The position numbers and the translations under genes are program-made. The notes under the pieces are model-generated. The model saw only the letters and a list, made by a program, of their open reading frames with translations, was not told the origin of the DNA and searched no databases. From positions 1 through 9,616 of IMG/VR virus record IMGVR_UViG_3300005964_000002: a DNA stretch of 9,616 nt; one strand, written 5' to 3'. This document shows positions 1-7,509 of the stretch, one piece after another (position 1 is the stretch's first letter; each line of letters starts with the position of its first letter).

Positions 1-80
1 CTTTCTTAGCATCATCCCCTCCAAATGGAGTAATGCCTTCAAATTCTCAGCCACAAAAAACAATAGTTCTAATAGGATGA
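1..80 (+). CDS. 3' end of upstream gene, probably the large rudiviral terminal-fibre protein (SIRV2 ORF1070-like); partial
   Basis: Open frame from position 3 (FLASSPPNGVMPSNSQPQKTIVLIG) ends in TGA at 78-80, 7 nt before the ATG at 88. Identity is inferred only from recalled SIRV gene order (1070-564-158b-309). Confidence 0.5.
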   Translation, partial: FLASSPPNGVMPSNSQPQKTIVLIG

Positions 81-87
81 TGTAGAA

Positions 88-1470
88 ATGTTTGCAGTAA
101 CTAATATAACATTTTCATTCCCCTGTCAGTCAGTTTATCAAATTGCTAATTTATTATCTTCTCCAACTAAATATTCATTAATTTCATCTTCCTTATGGAA
201 CGAAATAGTAAACGATTTATACTTAACTTACAGTGTTTTTAAATATATTAACTATTTATCTCAATATCCATATCCAGAATATATACAGCCCGCAATTGAT
301 GAATTTCTTAATTTTCCTTATCAATTTACGCCTTATCCATTTACGTCTCTATTGATTGCACAAAAAGGAATTCCTCTCACTGCAAATGATTTTAATAAAC
401 TTATTGATGCAATTGTAGAATTAGCTAACGAATTTGATATTCAACTAAAAACACAACTAAGTCACGTTCAACATGATCAAATTGTCAAATCTTCACAATT
501 TTCAAATGTAATTTATGCAATAAATCAATTATTAACTTTCGACTATAATACTTACTTTCTTTTAAGTTGCTCAGGTTATGAATTCAGAAACTTACTAAAT
601 ACACAAAATACATTTTTGAATGTGTTAATTGGAATTTTAAATACAGCAATAACTATATCACATAACACTTATGTTAAAAATTTACTTATATACAATTCGA
701 AATATTCTATATCTATTTATGGATCTATCGGCACAATAGCAATGGAAATAGACAATGGTGGAATATATTTACATAATTAAAGTTCAATTGAAAGAATTAA
801 TATAAATCAAGAAGAAATAGGAATTTATTTGAACAATAATCCTTATGTTAATTCTATTAATATAGGAACTGATAATGGAGGAATGTATTTATATAATTAC
901 GGTTCAGTTGAAACAATTAATATAAATCAAGAACAAATAGGAATTTTTTTGCATAATAATTTTTATGTTAATTCTATTAATATAGAAACTGATAATGGTG
1001 GAATATATTTACATGATTACAGTTCAGTTGAAAGAATTAATATAAATCAAGAACAAATAGGAATTTATTTGCATAATAATTCTTATGCTAATTCTATTAA
1101 TATAGGAACTGATAATGGCGGAGTACATTTACATGATTACGGTTCAGCTGAAACAATTAATATAAATCAAGAAAATAATGGAATTTATTTGGACGATAAT
1201 TCTTATGCTAATTCTATTAATATAGGAACTGATAATGGCGGAATATATTTAGATATTTATGGATCAGCCAATATAATCACTATACAAACCGAAAATGCCG
1301 GTGTGTATTTAAATGACAACAATTATGTAAAGACTCTATATATAGAAAATAATGTTGGAGGAATATATTTATATAATAATGCGATAATAGAAAATTTAAT
1401 TTGTAAACAAAATTCTGGAGGAGTATATGTTTTTGGAAATGCGAAAATCATAAATAATCAGTGTGCCTAA
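88..1470 (+). pseudogene. Rudiviral minor structural protein (SIRV2 ORF564-like) with C-terminal beta-solenoid repeats; 460-codon frame interrupted by a single in-frame TAA at 778-780
   Basis: ORFs 88-780 and 829-1470 share a frame, and 781-828 is open (SSIERININQEEIGIY). The TAA sits where later repeat copies have TAC/TAT (898-900, 1018-1020, 1138-1140, 1258-1260). Position upstream of the convergent 158-aa methyltransferase matches SIRV synteny. Confidence 0.75.
751..1260 (+). repeat. Coding tandem repeat: 120-bp (40-aa) unit of two 60-bp subunits; 4 full copies (781, 901, 1021, 1141), a partial copy at 751-780, and degenerate copies to about 1440
   Basis: Directly visible: 'attaatataaatcaagaa' and 'attctattaatatagRaactgataatgg' recur every 120 nt. 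Protein unit is xSxExININQExxGIxLxxN-xYxNSINIxTDNGGxxLxxY. Confidence 0.97.
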
Positions 1471-1494
1471 TTTCAAATTTATAATTTGAAATTA
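1468..1494. terminator. Perfect 12-bp inverted repeat between convergent genes (possible bidirectional terminator or RNA-end structure)
   Basis: taatttcaaatt-tat-aatttgaaatta overlaps the stop at 1468-1470. Very AT-rich, so function is uncertain. Confidence 0.35.
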
Positions 1495-1590
1495 TTTCTA
1501 TAACTTTTAAGTTTATAATTTTGAATTTGCATATATTCGGTCTTAATTCTAAAGTAAAAAGTTCTAAATTTGACCTCATAATGCATCTAA

Positions 1591-2067
1591 CTATAATTTA
1601 CAAAATACAAATTCTTTATTATCATCGGTTATGAAAGTCAAAATTGTTCCGTAAAGTTTTTTCATTAACCCAAATCTATTTTCTGTCCAATCATGAATAG
1701 CTATACAATATTGTTTATATTTCTGTAATTGAGAAAAATCTAAGTTCTTTTCGCATCCTTCACAATCCATAACTAAAATGTCAGTATTTGGATATTCTTT
1801 ACCAGACCATCCCCCATGAATTTCAACTTTATCACAAATATTAAATTCTTTACAAACTTTTTCTTTAAATCTCCTGTTTAACTCATCACTTTTTTCAAAA
1901 CCAATAATTTTCTTTGCATCTTTTAACAAAAAGTATAAAGCTGAACTTCCACAATCATTTCCAATTATCGTAATTGTTTTATCTTTTACATCTAATTTTC
2001 CATAAGCTAAATCAAATTCATGCCAATAACAACATTGCAATTTACAGAAATAATCTTTATAATCCAT
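1591..2067 (-). CDS. SAM-dependent methyltransferase (FkbM-like; SIRV ORF158b-like)
   Basis: Motif I-like ITIIGNDCGSSALYFL, KKIIGFE, and DILVMDCEGCE (FkbM K-x-D-x-E-G-x-E-like). Shine-Dalgarno AGGTGA at 2077-2072. 158 aa. Confidence 0.85.
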   Translation of the reverse strand: MDYKDYFCKLQCCYWHEFDLAYGKLDVKDKTITIIGNDCGSSALYFLLKDAKKIIGFEKSDELNRRFKEKVCKEFNICDKVEIHGGWSGKEYPNTDILVMDCEGCEKNLDFSQLQKYKQYCIAIHDWTENRFGLMKKLYGTILTFITDDNKEFVFCKL

Positions 2068-2087
2068 AGGATCACCTAACTACAAAA

Positions 2088-3017
2088 TTAGGGACTAATA
2101 ACTTCAAATAATGCATAAACTTTACATTTTCCAGTTGCCCATGCGTAAATATTACTAGGATTATTCACATGTATCTCCAAACTATCATTTTGCAAAATTG
2201 GGAAATTATTGTATAAATTATTTCCAATGTAAACTATGTAGTTACTCAAGTTTTGTAATATTATTCTTACAGTTTCAATAGAGGGACCTGAATAAAGTGG
2301 AGAAGGAAATGTTGAAACATCAAGTTGAAGGCCTTGAATTGTTGGAGGACTTAAGTACAAACCGAGTTTATTAATTGTATTTGCTAAACCGACAGTCGCT
2401 AAATAAACATATCCAAGTACATATTCTAAAGAATCAGCAACAAAATATATTGCATTTTGTAACGAAATTCCTAATCTTTTAGCTATTGAATTTATAGTTT
2501 CATAAAATGAAATATAGAAATTCTGTAAATCTTCTTTTATTATAGTTCTAGATTGTTCAATATTTGAAATTAAATAATTTACGACATTATAAATTGTTTC
2601 GTATAAAGCAATTGTATCTTTCTCTAAAATTGAAGTTGCAGTAGGAACAGCAACTACAATTTTTTCATAAATTTCTTGAGGAAGTTTAACAATCGAATAG
2701 TACAATTGTTCATTTGAGTATAAAATTGAATTTATTTGTTGATTTGCAGTTGCTATAAAGCCTGCAATATAAATTGGATCAAGTTCAGTTAGCACAGGCT
2801 GACCCGCAACATAAACCTCATCATAGAAAAATCCAGAATCTGCAGTTATTGAATTTGGAACTGTAAGATTCCCATTTTTCAGAATTGAAGTAACTGCATT
2901 TCCTCCAGTTTCATACAATTGAATTAGCAAAAGTGATGCAGTGTTCCACATACTAGAAGTTAGTCTTTGGAATGGTGACGCAAGTAATTCGCTAATTGAA
3001 GTATATGTAACGCTCAT
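2088..3017 (-). CDS. Conserved rudiviral 309-aa protein (SIRV2 ORF309-like), possibly virion-associated
   Basis: Long ORF co-oriented with the methyltransferase, 20-nt gap. GTC promoter motif lies 19 nt upstream of the ATG. Central helical region and beta-rich C-terminal domain (RIILQNLSNYIVYIG). Confidence 0.8.
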   Translation of the reverse strand: MSVTYTSISELLASPFQRLTSSMWNTASLLLIQLYETGGNAVTSILKNGNLTVPNSITADSGFFYDEVYVAGQPVLTELDPIYIAGFIATANQQINSILYSNEQLYYSIVKLPQEIYEKIVVAVPTATSILEKDTIALYETIYNVVNYLISNIEQSRTIIKEDLQNFYISFYETINSIAKRLGISLQNAIYFVADSLEYVLGYVYLATVGLANTINKLGLYLSPPTIQGLQLDVSTFPSPLYSGPSIETVRIILQNLSNYIVYIGNNLYNNFPILQNDSLEIHVNNPSNIYAWATGKCKVYALFEVISP

Positions 3018-3032
3018 ACTATTTTTATCTAA

Positions 3033-3047
3033 TCATGACCTAAAAAA
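3033..3047 (-). promoter_or_regulatory. Rudiviral GTC-type promoter of the 309-aa gene
   Basis: Minus strand reads TTTTTTAGGTCATGA; GTC (3039-3037) is followed by 19 nt and then the ATG at 3017. Confidence 0.7.
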
Positions 3048-3060
3048 CTATTCACAACTA

Positions 3061-3078
3061 ATTCATAATATTATGAAT
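3061..3078. promoter_or_regulatory. Perfect 18-bp palindrome between divergent promoters (candidate operator)
   Basis: attcataatattatgaat equals its own reverse complement. Confidence 0.4.
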
Positions 3079-3118
3079 ATAGCATGTTCTCATTGATCTT
3101 ACCAGAAATCAAGATAAC

Positions 3119-3133
3119 TAATATTTGTCATAA
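3119..3133 (+). promoter_or_regulatory. Rudiviral GTC-type promoter of the glycosyltransferase operon
   Basis: TAATATTTGTCATAA; GTC (3127-3129) is followed by 19 nt and then the ATG at 3149. Confidence 0.7.
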
Positions 3134-3148
3134 CTTGAGAAGAATATT

Positions 3149-3754
3149 ATGAAGATTTTCACATTTGCGGGATTTACAAAACATCTAAAGGAATTGGATT
3201 TTGATTATGTCGTCTTGGATAAGACATTTAATGATATAACTCCCCAGTTAATCGAAAAATTTAAAGAAAAGATAATCTGGAATGAAACAAATAGTGATAT
3301 AAGACCTGTAAGAATTGCGAAACAATTGCTAAAAATTCTAGAGACAGCGAAAAAATTAGATGATGACATATTCGCTATAGTAGATAGTGATCTAATTGTT
3401 CCAAATTTGAGAAATATTGACCCTCAGGATGAAATATTGACTTTGTGCTATTGGCTTTATTATCCATGGGTTAATGAAATAAGACCATTCTGTTCAGGAA
3501 CAAATTATATATTTAGGAAAAATCATATTCCAATTTTTGAAATTATATTAAATGCTTATCTTGATAAACAATATTATGAAGAATTTCCAGTTGATATATT
3601 TCTACATGACCATATTCTTCACGTAAATGTTCTAAAATTAGGAACTATTCATTACGTTAAAACTCCAGAAGGAGAGAAAAAAATGGAATTTACTTGGAAG
3701 GATATAAATCAAGTATTTAAGCATATTCCTGAAGTTGTATTAATAGCATGGTAA
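3149..3754 (+). CDS. Putative GT-A-fold glycosyltransferase
   Basis: DxD motif after a hydrophobic strand (IFAIVDSDLIV) and a CSGTNYIF segment; directly upstream of a GT-B enzyme, as in rudiviruses. Confidence 0.7.
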   Translation: MKIFTFAGFTKHLKELDFDYVVLDKTFNDITPQLIEKFKEKIIWNETNSDIRPVRIAKQLLKILETAKKLDDDIFAIVDSDLIVPNLRNIDPQDEILTLCYWLYYPWVNEIRPFCSGTNYIFRKNHIPIFEIILNAYLDKQYYEEFPVDIFLHDHILHVNVLKLGTIHYVKTPEGEKKMEFTWKDINQVFKHIPEVVLIAW

Positions 3755-3773
3755 AAAATAAGGTGATATATAA

Positions 3774-4835
3774 TTGGAAAAACCGATTTATTACGTTTAT
3801 CCTCAACATCATGACGTTTCTTTTAAGTTTGTAGCAAAAGAACATATAAAAATGTTAAGAGAAAAATATACAGTTTACGAAATTCCGGCTTTATCATTTT
3901 ATCAATTTACACCTTTCAAATATCCAATTTCCATAATTCATCCGTTCTTTTATAGTATGTGGCATTGGGGCAATGTTGAATTTTCTTTCTTTAAACAGTA
4001 TAGATCTAGAGTTAGTCAGATTATTGGAATTGAAGTGGCCGATAGTGATAGAATTGCAGAGAAATTTATTGAATATGGAAATAATTATGCTGACAAAATT
4101 GTTGTAAATTCTGAATGGTCAAAAAATGCATTTATAAACTCAGGTTTAAAGATTCCAATATTTAAAGTAGTCCATAATTTCAATTCTAGACTTTTAGCGA
4201 AAGATGAGGAATTGAAAGTTGATGACCAAGTTAAGTATATTGAAAAAGTTAAAAATGAAAAGAAAATTAAGTTAGTAATGATATCGTTATGGCATTCCGA
4301 CTTTAGAAAAGGGGCCGATTTATTTCATGTTATAGCAAAGGAAATACAAAAAGAAAGAGATGATATTTATTTCCTAGTAAAATCAGGAGGACCTAGAACT
4401 GATTTTCAAGACTTGAAAATGTTTAATCTCACTGGAAATACAGACTTTGATAATATTGTAAAAATGTATAGAATATCAGATTTATATTTATTAACTTCAA
4501 GAGGAGGAAGTTTTGAACTTAATGGACTTGAGGCATTTGTTTCCAAAATTCCGACAATTGCCACAAAAGGCGGGGCATGGGAAGAATATTTTCCTAATGC
4601 TTTGAAAGATTTACTAATTAATTCATGCAATTCACCAGTGATTCTTCCAGGAAACCCAATTCATATAGGCAAAGGTGTGGAAATATGTATAAATAACACA
4701 ATAGATAAAATATTAGAAGTTATAGATAAATTAGATGAATATAAAGCACGAATTGAGGAGAATTATAATTTCTGGTTAGAAAATTTCAGTTATAATGCAG
4801 TAAAAAAACAACTTTTCAATGTCTTAACTTTTTGA
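3774..4835 (+). CDS. GT-B glycosyltransferase (GT4 / Glycos_transf_1)
   Basis: Motifs ADKIVVNSEWSK, RKGADL and SDLYLLTSRGGSFELNGLEAFVSKIPTIAT. TTG start with Shine-Dalgarno AGGTGA at 3761-3766. Confidence 0.92.
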   Translation: MEKPIYYVYPQHHDVSFKFVAKEHIKMLREKYTVYEIPALSFYQFTPFKYPISIIHPFFYSMWHWGNVEFSFFKQYRSRVSQIIGIEVADSDRIAEKFIEYGNNYADKIVVNSEWSKNAFINSGLKIPIFKVVHNFNSRLLAKDEELKVDDQVKYIEKVKNEKKIKLVMISLWHSDFRKGADLFHVIAKEIQKERDDIYFLVKSGGPRTDFQDLKMFNLTGNTDFDNIVKMYRISDLYLLTSRGGSFELNGLEAFVSKIPTIATKGGAWEEYFPNALKDLLINSCNSPVILPGNPIHIGKGVEICINNTIDKILEVIDKLDEYKARIEENYNFWLENFSYNAVKKQLFNVLTF

Positions 4836-5177
4836 TAAAAGTTCAACAATTTGTTTTAATAATTCTGTATTTTCTCCTCTTTCTGTACCAATTACTTCAC
4901 TAACAAATTCATCAATCTTCAATAATTGTAAAGTTCTTTGAATTATCGAAACTGAAAATTTATGAGTTTGTTGAACTATCTGAAAGATCTTTTTCGCTAT
5001 TTTTTCAGCATTAAATTTGTTATATTCAATTATAAGAGAAACATTGCTATATTTCGCTATGACTCTTTCATTTTCAATACTTATGATAAGCTTATATTCA
5101 TTATCTACAACTATTTCGGCCTTATTATTGCTAATTCTGACTATAGTATTTTCACTTAACTTTAAATTGTTATTCAT
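4824..5177 (-). CDS. Hypothetical protein, 117 aa (start revised from 5243 to 5177, MNNNLKL...)
   Basis: Promoter AAAAAAATATATACGTCATAA places GTC 20 nt upstream of the ATG at 5177. The longer start at 5243 falls inside the divergent promoter motif. Overlaps the GT stop region by 12 nt. Confidence 0.75.
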   Translation of the reverse strand: MNNNLKLSENTIVRISNNKAEIVVDNEYKLIISIENERVIAKYSNVSLIIEYNKFNAEKIAKKIFQIVQQTHKFSVSIIQRTLQLLKIDEFVSEVIGTERGENTELLKQIVELLSKS

Positions 5178-5193
5178 GATCAACTGATAAGTT

Positions 5194-5214
5194 TTATGAC
5201 GTATATATTTTTTT
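5194..5214 (-). promoter_or_regulatory. BRE/TATA plus GTC promoter of the 117-aa gene
   Basis: Minus strand reads AAAAAAATATATACGTCATAA, with GTC at 5200-5198. Confidence 0.7.
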
Positions 5215-5230
5215 ACTTTTATCATAAGCA

Positions 5231-5245
5231 TTAAATTGGTCATAA
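5231..5245 (+). promoter_or_regulatory. GTC-type promoter of the transporter-TGT operon
   Basis: TTAAATTGGTCATAA; GTC (5239-5241) is followed by 19 nt and then the ATG at 5261. Confidence 0.7.
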
Positions 5246-5260
5246 AATCGCATCCATAAT

Positions 5261-6451
5261 ATGGAATTCCAAAGAAAAACTTCAGGAGTTATAAAAAGTT
5301 TTAATTCTCTAGATATTTTTTCAATAAATCTTTTATACATGGGAATTTTAAGCGGTATAAGTTATCCTCTTTTTGTCTCAAGTCTTCTAAAATCTGTAAA
5401 CTTGTTATTTGCAATTTTGATAGGTGCAATTTTTGAAATTCCGCTTTTAGTAATGTATTACACACTAACTAAAAAAATTCCGTTAAACGGAGGCGATTAT
5501 GCGTATATTCGTTCTACATTTTCGCCAAAATTCTATACAATTTTCGGAATTTCACTCTGGCTAATTTACGTATTTTCTGCACCAATATTAGCTGACCTAG
5601 TACTCCTAAATTTCAATATTCCAGTAATTGATAAGTTCTTTATTTCAGAAATGTTATTCGCTATTGCTTTGTTCAGTATAGTTAAAAAGTCAATTTATGC
5701 ATATTTAGTAGACGGATTAGCAATTTTACAAATAATTGTTTCTGTAATTCTGCCAATCTCAAGTTTTCATTTTCAAGTCCAAAATTTCACATTATCAAAC
5801 ACCTTACTTTCAGCTTTACTATTTGATTTGTCTATGTTTTTATTTCTAAATGCAATTAGTTATATTGCAGGGGAAACAAAAAATGTGAATAAAAATATGA
5901 AAATTGGTTATTTCATAAGCTATGTAGTAGTTACCATATTAGCGATATTAGATAGTTATTCGAATCTAAACATATTATTTATGTTAATGCCGATATGGTT
6001 CATGAGTTATATTTTTATAACTACACTAATCCAAAGTCGATTAGTGCAAAATCTTGCATTTGATAAAATCTTACCTGAGAAATTTGCAAAAATATCGCCA
6101 AATGCCTTACTATTGATCTTTATCGGTGATACTATTACAAATATTCTAGAAAATTTGTTAAACTTTTCAATTTCATTTGGATTTGATGGCTTATTATTTA
6201 TTTTCTGGAATTTCATAATTGTTAGTTTTGCATTTCTCAGATTAACCAATAACAAATTGATATTTTCTACTGTATTAATTAGCTTAGCTTTACAAATTTT
6301 CCTATTTTTCTATCTAGGCATGCAAAATCAAGTATTTTATAACTTTGTGATTGAAGGAAACGCAATATATATAATACTAAGGATATTAATAATGCCAATT
6401 ATAGGAGGAATTATTTACTTATTGAGGAGAAAAGTGATAAATGTTGAATAA
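5261..6451 (+). CDS. APC-superfamily (amino acid permease-like) membrane transporter
   Basis: About 11-12 hydrophobic segments; APC signatures IPLNGGDYAYIR, ISYIAGETKN and LAFDKILPEKFAKI; N-terminal FQRKTSGVIK typical of archaeal APC permeases. Confidence 0.9.
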   Translation: MEFQRKTSGVIKSFNSLDIFSINLLYMGILSGISYPLFVSSLLKSVNLLFAILIGAIFEIPLLVMYYTLTKKIPLNGGDYAYIRSTFSPKFYTIFGISLWLIYVFSAPILADLVLLNFNIPVIDKFFISEMLFAIALFSIVKKSIYAYLVDGLAILQIIVSVILPISSFHFQVQNFTLSNTLLSALLFDLSMFLFLNAISYIAGETKNVNKNMKIGYFISYVVVTILAILDSYSNLNILFMLMPIWFMSYIFITTLIQSRLVQNLAFDKILPEKFAKISPNALLLIFIGDTITNILENLLNFSISFGFDGLLFIFWNFIIVSFAFLRLTNNKLIFSTVLISLALQIFLFFYLGMQNQVFYNFVIEGNAIYIILRILIMPIIGGIIYLLRRKVINVE

Positions 6452-6453
6452 AA

Positions 6454-7356
6454 ATGAAATTAATATTTGGATTAAGTTCAAGATCAACTTATCTATTAAA
6501 AACTAATTTTCCAGTTTTAATTAATCAATTGAAATTTAGAAAAAAAGAATGGAAAAATGAGACATGGGTAGATAGTGGAGGCTATCAAATTCTATTACAC
6601 GGTTTAGAAATTTCTGTAAAAGATGTCCTGAAGAAGTACAAAAAGATAGATGCATATGCGTTTTTTTCTCTCGATATTGCTAGCGTTTTTTCTCCTTTGG
6701 ACAAACGAAATTTTGAATATTTTGAATATTTGTACACAAAAATAGAATGGTTAGAAAAAATTATACCAGTGATACATATTTATCCAATTCAAGATATAGA
6801 TGAGGCAATTGATTTTTATAAACAATATACTTATTATTTTTCAATTGGTGGACTTGTGGCATCTAGCAAAATGAAAGTTTTAATTTATACATTTCCATGG
6901 GTTTATTACTTAAGAAAAAAAGTTCCATATCTTCACGTTCTCGGAATGCCGGCACCGTATTTTCTTCAGACGTTCAATTTTGCTAATAGCATGGACACAG
7001 CAACTTACAGTAAAATAACCGGATTTAGAGATATATTTTGGTTTGATGGATCTAGAAGATATGTCGGAAATATGGAAACGAGAAGAAAAAGATGTAAAAT
7101 CACAAAAGAAGAAAAAGAACAATTGTTTGAATTCCTAGATAAACATAATTTTCCTTTTGAATATGACTTGAGCAATAGAAAAATTATAGAACTTATAAAT
7201 GCTTACATTTTATTCTATAATAATTGGAGAATAAAGAATAAATATACAGAATATGCAGAAAAACTTAGAAAAATGGGGCTAGATAATTTAGTAAATGAGT
7301 TAATTAGGAACTATAAATTTGCAAGTCAAATATTAAAACAAAAAAGAGAAAAATAG
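6454..7356 (+). CDS. tRNA-guanine transglycosylase-family protein (TGT/DpdA-like)
   Basis: TGT motifs WVDSGGYQ, FSLDI, IIPVIH, FSIGGLV, LHVLG and NSMDT. Starts 2 nt after the transporter stop. No obvious CxCxxC zinc motif or PUA tRNA-binding extension. Confidence 0.88.
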   Translation: MKLIFGLSSRSTYLLKTNFPVLINQLKFRKKEWKNETWVDSGGYQILLHGLEISVKDVLKKYKKIDAYAFFSLDIASVFSPLDKRNFEYFEYLYTKIEWLEKIIPVIHIYPIQDIDEAIDFYKQYTYYFSIGGLVASSKMKVLIYTFPWVYYLRKKVPYLHVLGMPAPYFLQTFNFANSMDTATYSKITGFRDIFWFDGSRRYVGNMETRRKRCKITKEEKEQLFEFLDKHNFPFEYDLSNRKIIELINAYILFYNNWRIKNKYTEYAEKLRKMGLDNLVNELIRNYKFASQILKQKREK

Positions 7357-7474
7357 ACGATAAAAAATACAATAGTCAATAATTTGTACCAATTTTTAAC
7401 GATTAAAAATCTTAATTCAAATAAGTTATCCACTTTTTGTCACCGAAATAATGAAAAATATAAACTTATAAAAG

Positions 7475-7494
7475 AAAAATTAAAAAGTCAAAAA
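7475..7494 (+). promoter_or_regulatory. GTC-type promoter of the DndC-like gene
   Basis: AAAAATTAAAAAGTCAAAAA; GTC (7487-7489) is followed by 20 nt and then the ATG at 7510. Confidence 0.6.
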
Positions 7495-7509
7495 TAAACC
7501 ATATTTCAT

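Noticed and set aside
751-1260. CRISPR array or DGR template/variable repeat
   Set aside because: Repeats are contiguous, in-frame and coding with no unique spacers; differences are not adenine-specific; no reverse transcriptase or cas gene is present.
829-1470. Independent 213-aa gene
   Set aside because: The TTG start is a mid-repeat Leu codon in frame with 88-780, so it is better explained as the same gene.
1568-1582. Minus-strand GGTCAAA as another GTC promoter (antisense to the structural gene)
   Set aside because: No start codon at the 19-20 nt spacing and a weak upstream box; unsupported without transcript data.
4406-4630. 74-aa minus-strand ORF
   Set aside because: Antisense shadow of the GT-B gene.
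4962-5159. 65-aa plus-strand ORF
   Set aside because: Antisense to the 117-aa gene, which has a proper promoter.
6007-7122. Minus-strand ORFs 6007-6255 and 6910-7122
   Set aside because: Antisense shadows of the transporter and TGT genes.
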